NCBI RefSeq assembly: GCF_009914755.1
Contig: NC_060932.1
Source of the DNA: the human T2T-CHM13v2.0 reference genome, Homo sapiens
DNA length: 64,000 nucleotides
Direction: 5' to 3' (one strand)
The notes below the pieces were generated by a model, which searched no databases, was not told where the DNA came from, and saw only the letters and a list, made by a program, of their open reading frames with translations. Position 1 is the first letter of the stretch; the number at the start of each line of letters is the position of its first letter. Shown one piece after another: positions 27,018-39,676 of the stretch. The translations under genes were made by a program, and so were the position numbers.

Positions 27018-27809
27018 CGAATAAAATATTTTGATCGAACACATTCAAAATTGCAAGCAAGTAGACTACTTAGGAGGCTGTTACAGCTGTCAATCAAACA
27101 AAATGAGGATTGCCCTATTTGAGTACTGATTATCCGTGAGTATCGCATGTAGATTTGTGAGCAATTAGGTTTGGAGGTTATAGAGTTGGATTTTGAGTCT
27201 ATGAAAAAAGAAAGAAATGAAATTAAGTTGATACCCAAGTTTATACGGGTACCAATCGTTGGAGTAAGGAAAACGAAAAATAGTTCGGAAGGTTTCCACG
27301 GAGATAATGAGTCCTGTTTCATCTTTGTGGAATACTGAGCATACAAGAAGAGATGTCCAGAGTGCATTTGTCACTCAAATCTTAATAAGGCGATCCAGAC
27401 TTGGATATATCCACAAAGATGATGGTCATTAGGGACAGGAGATGATTTTTGAGGGAAAAATGTAGAGTGAAAAGGAGTAAAGCCCCAAGACAGAATAATA
27501 ATTTTTTTAAAAGAGCGGTATTTAAGATACAGGCAGAGGACAGAAAACCCACTAGCAGGAGTGTAAAGGAAAAATCAGGCAGGGGAATTAAATAAAGTAG
27601 AATGCAGAATGATGCATTTCAAAGAGAAAATATTTTAAGAATATACAGGTGCTATAGACAGGTTAGGTTTTTAAGAGTACAAGTGACCATTAGATTTAAC
27701 AGCATCGTGGAACCCAAACGTGAGTTTGCTGACGGTTGTGACAATGGAGAGACAAGGGCAAGAGGCAGAAGAGGGGAAAGCAGATGGCATTGGATCTGGA
27801 CATGGTAGG

Positions 27810-28190
27810 GAGCTAGAGGAGGCAAGAGAGGCTTCAGAGGGGAATGTAGATCTGATGCCTCTGAAGAGAGAGAAGGAGGGAAGAAGGTCAATTTGAGTAG
27901 AGCAACCTGTAACTGCAGTGCTGTTGTAGGAACGTCTAGGTGAGGCCTAACCAGTTCTCCATGCCCACTAGACCATCCTAGAGCCAGAGTTGCCCACTGG
28001 GGGAATCCTACATCCTGCGGACATGAGTTTCCATTAGTTCCCAGCTGTGTGCAAGCACAGGCTGAAGGCAGCAAGGGAAGGTGTGAAGTTGGTGCCGATG
28101 AGGGGTGGACCCCAATAAGCAGCAGCTGGACTGCCAGTCAGTTACATCCCCTGCAACAGGACGATGTCTCAGCAGCTCTTCTGGGACCAC
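27810..28190 (-). mobile_element. LTR16A-like ERVL LTR remnant
   Basis: GAGCCAGAGTTGCCCACTGGGGGAATCC...GCAGCAGCTGGACTGCCAGTCAG. Confidence 0.6.
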
Positions 28191-29059
28191 TGAGCCATTG
28201 CACATGAAGATGTTGAAGATACAGAACCCAAAAGAATCAACAGAGCACAGTCCTCGCAAATGTGTGAGATGGTATGTGGAGTATTACACACGCAGAGTAC
28301 TGGTTTAGGCCAAGATGAGGAAGGCTTCTCACTCTGAAATCAATATTTCTTTTTTTGAGAGGTGATGGTAAATCAACTTTAGTGAGTGGTCTCTCTTGTG
28401 GTACATAAATAACCCGTGGGCTGCCAGATACAGTTTTTGATGTTTTATAACAATACTAGAGTACCTCATGTTTCTGCATCATCTATTACTTTGTCAATAT
28501 ACTGAAATTCACAAAAGGGAGCTGTTACTGCTAACTTTTGAATTTCCTGTGATCTTAAAGGTTACCATCACATAGGTTTTTAGATTTAGCAATTTAAAAT
28601 ATTTTTCAATGACTTAACATAATGCACTTAATTTGGTTGTTTGCTATGAATTTCTAGACTGTTACATTCTTCAGGTGAATGAAAAAGGAATTGATTATTT
28701 TAGCGTTGTTGTAAGTGTTAAATTTATTAAAAATAGTAACTCACATCAGAGGACTGATTCAGTTATACTCACAGTTCTTTCATATGAATATCTACATTAA
28801 AAAGTTATATTCTATATATATTAGACATTTTTTGCAAAAGAAAAGCTGGATATAACATCAAGTTGTAGAAAATTAATTTTAACATGGAGGTCTGATTTTA
28901 TCATTATATTCCATTTTTTAATAAAGATGGAAAAAGTAAAGTGATATATTGGTACACATGAGTGAAGAAATTCATACTTAACTGTTCCTGCTTATATAAG
29001 AAATAATATATACAAGAAACAAGATACTATAGAATGACGGATTCACACACAAGAGGTGG

Positions 29060-29160
29060 AGAGTTCTGGGTTGAACAATCCAGTTATACTATGATCTTAG
29101 GCAAGAAATTTTGACTTTTCCAAGTCTCAGTTTTATCATATGTAAAAAAGGAAAAAAAAT
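29060..29160 (+). mobile_element. MIR remnant
   Basis: ATGATCTTAGGCAAG...TCTCAGTTTTATCATATGTAAAA. Confidence 0.6.
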
Positions 29161-29387
29161 ACCAAACAATTATTTTCTATTTTCTAGTGGCATTGTTGCT
29201 ATTGTTAAATAAATTAGGTAGTTGTGCCTTTGTAAGTCTAAAGGAGATCTAAAGGAGATGGGTTGGGTTTTTGACATTTATAATTATGCCTTACTCAATT
29301 TTGAGGACAGTTTTATAGATACTTTCAAATTCTCAAGTAGTCCTTGAGAGTTTGGAGTCATTGCTTCAAGTTAAAAGGGAAGCAGGC

Positions 29388-29620
29388 TAACATTTCTTAA
29401 GGATCTACAACATGTCCCTAAATTGAAAAGCCATGCCCTATTTAATTTTCACAATACCCCTAAGAGGAAAATATTATCACCCCCCCCCTTTTTGATAAGG
29501 ATACTTTTTCATGTTTTGTTTTGTTCTGTTCTTGGAAACATGTCCAAGGTCTCACAGCAAGCAAATAAAAAGTCTAGACTTCATCCTAGATCTTCTAATG
29601 TCAAGTACAATGATCTATTT
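29388..29620 (-). mobile_element. MIR remnant
   Basis: TTTAATTTTCACAATACCCCTAAGAGG...AACATGTCCAAGGTCTCACAGCAAG. Confidence 0.6.
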
Positions 29621-31026
29621 AAAAATAAAATTCAGAAGCCATATGAAAATGACCATTTCCTTTTAGATTTATTTTTTTTTCTTTCCTACTATTAATGGAT
29701 CAAGTCTGAATCATTTCAGTGCCCATGGTATATACTTAATATTTGTTTCTGGAGTATATTTGCACATATGAGAATATGTGTGCTACATGAGCGTATATAG
29801 TCACATAACAAGACTATATGTATCTCTTCCCATTTGATACCTCTCAGAGACATGCATAGTGTTGATTTACATAATTCAAAAAAATAAAATTTATAAAAAG
29901 AAAAAGATGACTGTTACGGAGAATTGGAGATTTTAACATTTGAAAAGCAGTAACGGATCAGGTGAAAATATGCAATTTATCATTATATTTATACAGCTCA
30001 GAATTCCCTCTCAGTAGTCATGAGTGTATATTCACACTGTTCTGAGCAGCACCAACCACTAAACAGTGAAAGCACTTTGTATCATTTAGCACTTTGTACT
30101 TTCAAAATCCTTTGTAATCACTTTATTATTTATATCAGATGAGACCTATACATATTTAAAAATAGCAGTCTAGACTTTTGATTGCCTTCTCTAATCCATT
30201 AATGCCTATGCTTATAAGATGGAATGCAACAGAGGGTATTTATGGAATTTAAAAATTAACTCATTTAGTAGAACCCGTTCCAATGGTGCAACTTCCCTTT
30301 GAAAATAAACTATACATCCATGTGGAAGGCATTTACCCTCTCCGAGCCACAGGGACCTGTTTTTAGACACTGACGTGTGATTCACACAACTCATAGTATG
30401 TCTACAGAGACCTGGAATGAACCGCCACATGACTGTGGAAAGAGGTGTTTGTGACTTTTGCACACTTGAATGGATGCAGTGAGCGATATATTAAATTCTC
30501 CTGTTGACATGTGAATGATTAGAACTTAGAGAAACTCTCAGTTTAAAAATCCAAACCATTAGAGATAATGCAACTGCATAGATATGACCAATATCTAGCT
30601 CTGAGGGAACTGATCTCAACCTTGGGAAATGGAACGGAACTTCTCTAGAGGGTGTTTACTGCCGGGACCTGGTGACTTTTAAGAAATCTCCATTCACTTC
30701 CTGTTTGACTGAGAAACAGTGAGTTTGTTTTCAAAGGTCTCATGATTTCACAGGGCTTCTCTGGGCGCTGCTTAGGGCATATATTTGGAAACAAAGCAAT
30801 AATGAGAACAATTCTATTTCTAGACTAAACAGATCCACAGATGCGTTTTTCTCTCTTCATATTCCAATTAGCAGCTAGACAAATGAAGTACTTTTTAATT
30901 AGGAGTAAAGGAGTTTCTATATCTGACTAAGTCCAGAATACATCTGGAATCTCAAAGTTCTACCAAAAAAAATGTTCAAGAAGAAAGACTTATATATATT
31001 TATATTATTACTTTTATAATTCGTGG

Positions 31027-31348
31027 TGTGATGGTTAAATTTATGTGTCAACTTGGCTAGGCTCTAGTGTCCAGGTTTGGGGTTAAACATCAGTTCAGAT
31101 GTTGCTGTGAAGCTGCTTCTTAGATGTCATTAATGTAAATTAGTAGACTGGGAATCAAGTTGATTACCTTCCAACGTGTGGGTGGACCTCTCAATCAGTT
31201 GAAAGCCTTAAGAAAAAAACTGAGGCCCTTGAAGAGAAAGAAATTCTATCCCTACCGTGACTTTGAGCATCAACTGCTGCAGGGATTCTTAGTGTCCCAG
31301 CCTGCCTGGGAAATTTTGAACAAGCCTCCCCATAACATACCCTCTCTC

Positions 31349-31389
<41 letters not shown>

Positions 31390-31421
31390 GGCTCTGTTTA
31401 TCTGGAGAATTCTGGCTGATA
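31027..31421 (+). mobile_element. MLT2 (MLT2D-like) ERVL LTR with internal (CT)n
   Basis: Starts TGTGATGGTTAAATTTATGTGTCAACTTGGCTAGGC and ends TTGGCTCTGTTTATCTGGAGAATTCTGGCTGATA. Confidence 0.85.
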
Positions 31422-32384
31422 TGAGTGGGATATGGTTCTGGAGAGTAAAAAACACATGCTTATGGATTGGAGACATCTTCACTTCCTAATACATGTACAA
31501 ACACCTCAGCTCTTCCAGAAAATAAATAATTTAGCTTTAGTGCAAAATGGTCACTTGACATCATATTGAGATAATATTGTACTTCAGGTACAAATTGTTT
31601 AAATGTATGCAATAACAAAAATAGTGAATAAATTGTACTTATGTCCAAACTTCAAAAGATACATTTATATGTCTGAAATTCTGAGAAAATTTTTCTAAAT
31701 ATGACCCAAATTGACCAATATGAATAATACACCCATATCACCCTGAATACACTCTTCTGATACCTCATCCCAAAGAACGGCAAACCAGTAGAACATGTAC
31801 TGGCAGAGTCTTCCCAACCTGCCCTCCTTTGCAGGAAGAACGATGAGCTACGTACGGGCAGAGGGAATCATTTATTTTTGAAAGATGTTTGCCATGAGAC
31901 ATCAGGGGCCTTCATAAGCTGAAACCTGCCAGGCTATGAGCATAGACCATTGGAAATCAACCTAAGCTTGGAAGTGTTTGAATCCTACTGGATTCAGTAG
32001 GCAAAACATTGGGAAGACTAAAGACTGGGAACATCCTGACTTCAAATTAGAATAAATAGAAAATGGGAAAGCAGAGCGCACAGAAACAAAAATAAAAATG
32101 AATTAACATATACAGAGGGAAACTATGTCTCATCTAGGTATTTGCTTACTGCTCACCTCCCCTTTCCCCAGATTGCTACACCCTGGCACACCCACTAACG
32201 AACCATCTACAAAATGTCATTGAGTTTGCTATGTGCTTGTCATTGTGCTACAGGCCAAGGGTGCAACTCCCTAAGCGCTGTGAGAGAGCGCTGTGCAGCG
32301 CTATAAAGTGTGTCACAGAAATCCCAAGGGAGTGGAGAGGCCAGTTAATGTTTCTTATAAGATGTGATGAATAATGAATACATG

Positions 32385-32826
32385 CATCTTGGTGACTATA
32401 GTTAATAACAACGCATTGTATTCTTGAAAATTGCTAAGTGATTAGATTTTATGTGTTCTCATCATAAATAAATAGTGAGTATGTGAGGTACTGCATATGT
32501 TATTAGCTTAATCAAGCCATTCCGCTGGGTGTGTGTATGTGTGTGTATATATATATATATATATGTACACACACACACACATACACACACACATATATAT
32601 ACGCACATATATACACACATATATACACACACACATATATTCGCACACATATATATATACACACACACATATATAAATCAACCACCTCCATCTCCAAGGC
32701 AACAGCATATATATATAGGTACACACACATATATATCATGTATATACATATATACACACACATATATATCAAAATATGTTGTGCATGAGAAATATATACA
32801 ATTTTTATTTGTCAAATAAACAAAAT
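32385..32826 (+). mobile_element. L1MA (MA5-MA8-like) 3' end
   Basis: GGTGACTATAGTTAATAACAACGCATTGTATTCTTGAAAATTGCTAAG...AATATATACAATTTTTATTTGTCAAAT. Confidence 0.85.
32529..32770. repeat. Compound (TG)/(TA)/(CA) microsatellite
   Basis: Seen directly. Interrupted by a 30-bp unique insert at 32678-32707. Confidence 0.95.
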
Positions 32827-33428
32827 CTGAAAAGAGATGCAATGAATAATGAATTGAGAGGTAAAGGGAGCTTGCAGTGTTTATCTAAGTGGGTTAGAGG
32901 GAACGATCGTTCTGGAGAAAGGATACAACATGCACAAATGCCTGTAACAGGAGAACAGAGATTTAAATAGCAATAGGCTGTGGCTGGAGCCCAGGCAGGG
33001 TCATGTGGTAGTAGGAAAGGTTCTGCAGCCACTGGGGACATGTCCCACAGAGCCTTAGGGACATGCTGAAGAGTTTGGCTTTATTTCAGGAGTTGCTTGC
33101 AGGACACACAGACGTTCTAAACGGGGGACAAAAATACTGGATTTGAGTTTGCAAAACGTCACTTGAGTTGCATTGTGAAAAATGAAATGTAAAGGGCAAG
33201 AGAAAAGTTGAAAAATAGGAGGATATTTCAGCAGCTCACACAGCATTGCTGTTGCCTTGGAGAAAGAGGTGGTGGAGGGTGAGGACAGTGTGTGGATGTC
33301 AGACTTTTGGCAGGTCTAGTTCAGTGGATTTCAGGGCAGGTGACGTGCACAGCAGGGGATTCCACAAGGGAAGGAGAAGAAGGTGCCAGGGCTGACACTT
33401 TGGTTTCTCATTGGAACAACAGGATGGA

Positions 33429-33783
33429 TGTATTAGTCCATTTTCATACTGCTATGAAGAAATACCCAAGACTGGGTAATTTATTTAAAAAAAGAGATGT
33501 AAGGAACTCACAGTTCTGCATGGCTGGGGAGTCCTCACAATCATGGCGGAAGGAGAGAAAGGAACAAAGGCATGTGTTAGACGGCAGCCGGTAAGAGAGT
33601 GTGTGCAGCGGAGCTGTCCTTTATAAATCTCGTGAGAGTTATTCACTAGCATGAGAACAGCATGAGAAAAACGTGCCTCCAGAATTCAATTACCTCCCAC
33701 CAGGTCCCTCCCACGACACGTGGAGATTATGGGAGCTATAATTCAAGATGAGATTTAGGTGCAGACACAGCCAAATCATATTA
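33429..33783 (-). mobile_element. THE1C-like MaLR solo LTR
   Basis: TGTATTAGTCCATTTTCATACTGCTATGAAGAAATACCC...GACACAGCCAAATCATATTA. TSD ATGGA/GTGGA. Confidence 0.92.
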
Positions 33784-34335
33784 GTGGATGATGCTGCCTT
33801 TTCCTGAAATATGTAAAACCTGGAAGAGGCCAGGGGAGAACGAGTTAAGTTTTGTAATTGCTGAACTCTTGATGCATCCAAAGAGAAGATATAAATGAAG
33901 CAGTTAGATATACTGGAGTAAAATGTACGGCTTAGCTGTAAACATTAGAGTTATTTATACTCCGAAGCAATGGGCTAGTTGAGGTTTCTCAGGATGATCA
34001 CACAGAGTAAGAAGAATGCCTTGGGAATGAGACCTGAAGAAATGTCATTTTTAAATACTTGCAACATGAACAATGAAGGAGTGATCCAAAAAATGAAAAT
34101 GAAAAGAAGCAAGGAGCATGTTAGGCAAAAGAAACCAAGATCAAATCCAAGAAAAAAGAGAGATCAATGTTGAAAAATCATGGGAAGTTTCAAGTACAAT
34201 AGTCATTTTTAATTGGCTATTGTATTTCCCAGCATAACTGTCACAGATGAATTTAGCCAGAGCTGTTTGGTAGGAATGGTGCAGGCAGGAACTGTAGTTG
34301 GAAAAGGTTGAGGAGTGGTGGATGAAAAGTGTGTA

Positions 34336-34631
34336 GGTCAGGTGTAGTAGCTCACACCTGTAATCCCAGCACTTTGGGAGGCCAAGGTGGGTGGTGGACA
34401 AATCAGTTGAGGTCAGGAGTTCGAAACCAGCCTGGCCAACATAGTAAAATCCTGTCTCTACTAAAAATACAAAAATTTGCGGTTGTGGTGGCCTGTGTTT
34501 GTAGTTCCAGCTATTTGGGAGGCTTGAACCCAGGAAGCGGAGGTTGCAGTGACCTGAGATCACGCCACTGCACTCCAGCCTGGGCAACAGAGCAAGACTC
34601 TGTCTCAAAAAAGTAAAACAAACAAAACCAA
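34336..34631 (+). mobile_element. AluS (Sx/Sz) with a small right-arm deletion
   Basis: Dimeric Alu with TSD AAAGTGTGTA on both sides. GGGAGGCTTGAACC lacks GAGGCAGGAGAATCGCT. Confidence 0.95.
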
Positions 34632-34688
34632 GAAAGTGTGTAGACAACACTTGTATAAAGTCTGTGTGGTAGCTGGGAGATTAAAGAG

Positions 34689-34724
34689 CGTGTGTGTGTG
34701 TATGTGTGTGTCTGTGTGTGTGTG
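34689..34724. repeat. (TG)n microsatellite
   Basis: Seen directly. Confidence 0.9.
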
Positions 34725-34788
34725 TTCGAAAACTTGTATATAAACTTGTATGTTTACAAGTGCATTGCTTCTTACCCTTATTCTTACC

Positions 34789-35404
34789 CTTAGCATCACG
34801 TTCTACAGTTCCATCCATGTTGTCCCAAATGACAAAATTTCTTTTTTATGTCTGAATAGTTATCTATTGTGTATATGCACCACATTTTCATTATTCATTT
34901 ATCTGTTGATGGACACTTAGATTGATTCCATAACTTGGATGTTACGACTAACACTGCAATGAACTTAAGAGTGCAGATACCTCCTTGACATATTGATTTC
35001 AAATTTTTGGAGTAAATGCCCGGAAGTGGGATTGCTGGGTCGCATTCTCACTTATATTTGGACCCTAAAACAATTGAACTCAAAGAAGCAGAGAGTAGAA
35101 TGGTGTTTACCATAAGCTGGGGGGTGAGAGAAATGGGGAGATGATGGTCAAAGGGTACAAAGCATCAATTAGGAAGAATACATTGTTTTCTTTGAGCTAT
35201 ATTGGACAGCGTGGTGAATATAATAAATAATAATGCAAGTAATAAATTACTGAGAGTAAATTTCGAATGTTGTCAATACAATAACTGATAAGTATTTGAG
35301 GTGATACTATTCCATGTTGTATTTATAAATCATAAAATCACATATAAAAGCACTCGATATCCCATAAAATATACATCTATAACCAGTCAATTTACAATTA
35401 AAAA
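34789..35404 (+). mobile_element. L1MA (MA4/MA5-like) 3' end with 5' inversion
   Basis: 34789 to about 35042 is antisense L1 (CTTAGCA...GGGATTGCTGGGTC). About 35043-35404 is sense L1 3' UTR (TTCTCACTTATA...GCAGAGAGTAGAATGGTG...TTACAATTAAAAA). Confidence 0.88.
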
Positions 35405-35719
35405 TGCTTAAGGGCAAGAGATACATATTTGGCAGAACTTTATATGATCAGGGATTAAAACAAATATTCAATTAGAGCTAAATGGTACTACAATTAAAAA
35501 GAGCTCCTAAGTAAAATCAACACAGGCATAAAACATCTCAGCCGTATGAACTGATAGATTACGCCTCAAATCATTCGGCGACATTCGTTTGTTTTTAAAT
35601 ATGCATTATCTTATGTAAATGTTCAATTAAAGTATTATATATGCTTATATGTGTGTACAGATACATATAGAGGAGGTGACAGAGAGAAGGAAAATGCAGA
35701 TATCATAAATAAAAATCAT

Positions 35720-36350
35720 TATTTTTTACAACGTGAACATGACCACAAAACATACAAAACAATATTAAACATCAGTAGCCTCTGCCCATACCCTCTGGTG
35801 TGATATGGTGGCTGTGCACAACCTCAGTCACTACAGAATAACAAAGGGTATATGCGTGCCCTCTGGATATTACACATCCAAGGGCAACTGCTGTCATGAT
35901 TGCTAAAACCATAGATTTGTGTTGTTTTAATTATACAAATGGAAGCACACAATATGTGTTCTTCAGTGTCTACCTTCTTTCACTCGACAATATAGTTCTG
36001 AGATCCATTTACTTGGCTGCATGTAGTTGGAATTTATTTATTCTCATTGCAGTATAATATCAATTGTATGAATACACCAAAGGTGTTTAAAAAATCTTTT
36101 CTTCTGTTGGTGGACATTTGAGTGGTATGTCAAATAGTCCAAATAATGCCACTGTGAAGATTATTGTACATGTGTTTTCATGAATATATGCGCGTATTTC
36201 AAGATGTGGAATTTCCAGGCCATAGACAATGTGATCATCAGGATTCATAGATGGGGCCTATTGTAAAATCTGCACTCAATATGTAGTAATGTATTAGGCT
36301 TGCAATCAGTTCACATTCCCACCAATATTCAACTTTTGTCAATCTCTTTA
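35720..36350 (-). mobile_element. L1ME-like 3' end remnant
   Basis: AAATGGAAGCACACAATATGTGTTCTTCAGTGTCTACCTTCTTTCACTC...TTCTGAGATCCATT. Confidence 0.7.
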
Positions 36351-38343
36351 GCTGTCCCTAGTGTCTCTCACTGAGACTATAACCATCTCATCAGTAGTGG
36401 GTAAGTAAGTACATATCAACAAAATCTGTGTAATTATGAAAGCAGGAAATATAGGATTTATGAAGCATATCAGGAACATATTTTAACAAATTTATATTAA
36501 AATATTTTTAAGAGACAATCTGCTATTTACTTTTAAATGTTGTAAGTGTTTACATTTTATTCAACAATCAATGGAAAATGAAATGAGAAGATCACAAACT
36601 GCGGTAAAAAGAGATCTGAGTGAGAGAAAAGTAAGATCAAAAGGGAGCTTTCCAAAAAAAAAAAAATACGGAAAATGTGGCGCAATAGGAAATTACCGTT
36701 GCAATGGAATCAGTAAATCACATTCAAATTACTGAGAGTGCAAACTCGAGAAGTCCTTCAAAATTTTGCCTAAAATTGAAGAAGAGCTGAAATTGAATTT
36801 GAAGACAACGTTATATCAGGAATGCAAAGGATAAGGAGCGATTCAACATAAACATAGAGCACTGGTTTTCCCAAAGCCTGGAACCTACTTCCAAATATTT
36901 AGCTCAGATTTTTGTAAGCTGGAATGTAATTAATGATATAATTGATATATAGTGTAAAGAAATTAAACCAATCTTCCCATGAAACAACAATATTAAATAC
37001 AGAAAAACATCCTAGTTCCAGACATTAATGCGTATTTGAATTTTTCCTCCAAACTCTGTACTGGAGATACATGATTAATATATAAAATATCATTTTTATG
37101 ACTACTGAAAATCTAGGCAGAGGTCTTACCTACATTCCACAACCACTAAGAAATAATAGCAGGAAATTTAGAGCATAAACTAAAGTGCAGGAGAAGTCTG
37201 ACTACTAAAATTCACTCACAGGAAGAGCATGTCACATGATTCCATCCAACTGGAAACCTGTTGGCAACTCTGAGTTAGTCTGGACAATGGTCCTCAAGTC
37301 TCTGAAGAAGCCCCAGACTTTTTAGAGAACAGAGAAGTTGCTGTGTGACTCATCTACCATCACAGGGTGCAGGTGCAGGAGGAGAATTGCCTGGAAGGCA
37401 GAGCTGCCACAAGTTGGAAATCAAGTCTCTGTCCCTGTTGGCTCAGATAAGGCTGGTTGTTCCTGAATAAGGAGATGCTGCCTGCAACAAAGCATCACTC
37501 CTCTGTCTCTTTTCCTCTTTGAAAGTAAAAAATTTTAGATATACAGGGTCACAAAAATAGGCAAAAATAAAATTGCCTTTTTAAGAAGTTTATTTTCTCA
37601 TTAGGTTTGGACTAGAGTCACCTACACGGCTCTCTGGGGTACACTCTACCTTATAATATTGTTAAAAGAACAGTTGTCACCAAACTATTGAAAAAACATG
37701 ACAAAACTGAGGCTCTTAATACTAAAAACTGGAGAAACTGAAACAGAGTAACTCTGGGAATTAGTAGAATTGTTTTTAATATCAGTTTTTCTCAATAATA
37801 ATCAAAAGAATATTCTGTCAAAAATAGCATGAGCCTGCTGTCATAAAATACGATCAGGCTGTTAAGTTTTCTAGAATTGAAAAATATCATTGGTGGTCTA
37901 TGAAAAATATCAGGGGAGATACTGAATATTAGAAGGAGTAAGGCTTACCATTAAAATGGTGAATTACAAGTTAGGCTTGAAGTATACACCTTGCAATCAC
38001 AACACAGAGCAAAGATAAGCGGATGCATGTATGGAGAGAGAGGAGCTAAAGTAAGAGACAGAGGGAGAGAGAGAGAGAGAAACTGATGGTAAAAACTATA
38101 ATGCAAGAGTTTATTTCTTTAATACATGCATGTAATAAGACAAATGTGTGATAATGTAGAAATAAGCAACCGTAGAAATGAAGGCAGTAAACACATGTAG
38201 AAATATTTATATTGGGAATACATTTCATATACATTTATGCTGTCGATGAAGTTACTCCAGTAGTTTCCCAATAGGTTTGAAGATCAAATTCTTAGAAGCA
38301 GTCTTAGAAAAAATTTTTTTATTATTTTTTAACTCTCTAAAGC

Positions 38344-39230
38344 CAGGATTCCAAATGGTGTGCTAAGGTATCCCCGCGCATCCCCGGGAACTCAGAGGAA
38401 CGTGGTGGAACATACTTTACATTCTCACAGGTAGCTCAGTGACGCCCAACCTCTGTTGAAGCCCATTCTGACGGGTAGGTCAACTTTGATAATAACTTCA
38501 GCATTGGAGGAGGATACATTCCTTCTCATGACATCAGAACTTTCCAAAGCTGAGCTTTTGGGTCGTTGCTGTGATAACAAATAAAGAACTCCAAGAGGGC
38601 CGGGCGCGGTGGCTCATGCCTGCAATCCCAGCACTTTGGGAGGCCAAGACGGGTGGATCACCAGGTCAGGAGATCGAGACCATCCTGGCCAACACGGTGA
38701 AACCCCGTCTCTATTAAAAATACAAAAAATTAGCCGCCCGTGGTGGCGGGCGCCTGTAGTCCCAGCTACTCTGGAGGCTGGGTCAGGAGAATGGCGTGAA
38801 CCCGGGAGGCGGAGCTTGCGGTGAGCCGAGATCGCCCACTGCACTCCAGCCTGGGGCGACAGAGCAAGACCCCAACTAAAAAAAAAAAAAAAAAAAAAAA
38901 AAAACTCCACGAAAGTTCTTGATGAACAGCAACTACAAGTGATCATCTCCAATCTCATTTCAGGTGTTGAGCCCCAAAGTCGTTCATACCCCATTAGTAA
39001 AAATTGTAGTTATTTAAGAATAACCAACAAAATTTATTTAAATTTTTGTACACTATTGTATTTTATTTTTCAATACAACTATTCAGTTTTAGTACGTCAA
39101 TATTAAAGTGCTTTGGAATTGGTTATTGATAAACAGAATTGTTATATATTTACGTTGACCTAGGGTGACTGTGAAAAAAAATTACCAGATATTAAAGGAT
39201 CATTGAACTGAAAAAGTCTGAGAACATTTG
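38344..39230 (-). mobile_element. MER119 hAT-Charlie element, interrupted by AluY
   Basis: TACATTCCTTCTCATGACATCA, GTTGCTGTGATAA, CCCATTAGTAA...GTTATTTAAGAAT and GTGAAAAAAAATTACCAGATATTAAAGG match the recalled MER119 consensus. Confidence 0.75.
38598..38902 (+). mobile_element. AluY, full length
   Basis: GAGATCGAGACCATCC and GAATGGCGTGAACCCGGGAGGCGGAGCTTGC. Long poly(A). TSD core AACTCCA. Confidence 0.96.
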
Positions 39231-39261
39231 CTCTGGAACATAGATGAAGTTAAGAATTTTT

Positions 39262-39460
39262 CAGTATCAATTTACAAGGCTAAAGCATCTCTGATACCGA
39301 AACCTGATAAAGCATATTAAGAAAAAAACCCACAGATCAATAACATTTTGAAAGGAGATGCTAATGTCCAGATAAAATTGCAAGTTGTATTTTGCACTGT
39401 ATTAAAAAGCTATATATATCTGACAACGTAAAATTCATTACAGAAATAAATGAGAAATCT
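39262..39460 (+). mobile_element. L1M ORF2 (RT-proximal) fragment
   Basis: TTTACAAGGCTAAAGCATCTCTGATACCGAAACCTGATAAAG corresponds to FYEASITLIPKPDK. Confidence 0.7.
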
Positions 39461-39567
39461 TCTGTACTAATATTTCTCACACTTGGAATACTAGTTCTTA
39501 GACCATTTTACCACAATAGTACTCCAAATAAGTTGAAATCTGCCTTCTCTACCAGTTTCTTCAGGCT

Positions 39568-39676
39568 ATATGCACACACACACACATTATATATATATTT
39601 ATACACACACACATATACACACACATATATACACACACACGTATACCTACACACGCATATATACATATATACATAT
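39568..39676. repeat. Compound (CA)/(TA) microsatellite
   Basis: Seen directly. Confidence 0.95.

Larger units (their letters stand above)
32195..34680 (-). mobile_element. L2a-like LINE, fragmented by L1MA, THE1 and Alu
   Basis: CATTGAGTTTGCTATGTGC 3' end. Body motifs GAAGAGTTTGGCTTTATT, GCAGTTAGATATACTGGAG and GAGGTTTCTCAGG. Confidence 0.7.

Noticed and set aside
29237-29258. 11-bp tandem duplication TCTAAAGGAGA
   Set aside because: An ordinary slippage duplication with no further structure.
32274-32302. Three AGCGCT palindromes in 30 bp
   Set aside because: Short and within an L2 relic. Local microduplication is sufficient to explain it.
32462-32819. Cluster of overlapping ORFs rich in C/V/Y/I or H/T
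   Set aside because: These are translations of a dinucleotide microsatellite. The same applies at 39570.
34141-34650. Longest ORF (169 aa)
   Set aside because: It is mostly antisense Alu translation ([11 protein letters not shown]). The same applies to the ORFs at 19201, 23364, 38614, 48916 and 56912.
36550-38330. Possible ancient L1/HAL1 plus-strand remnants
   Set aside because: A-rich and L1-like, but too degenerate to assign a family or boundaries by eye.
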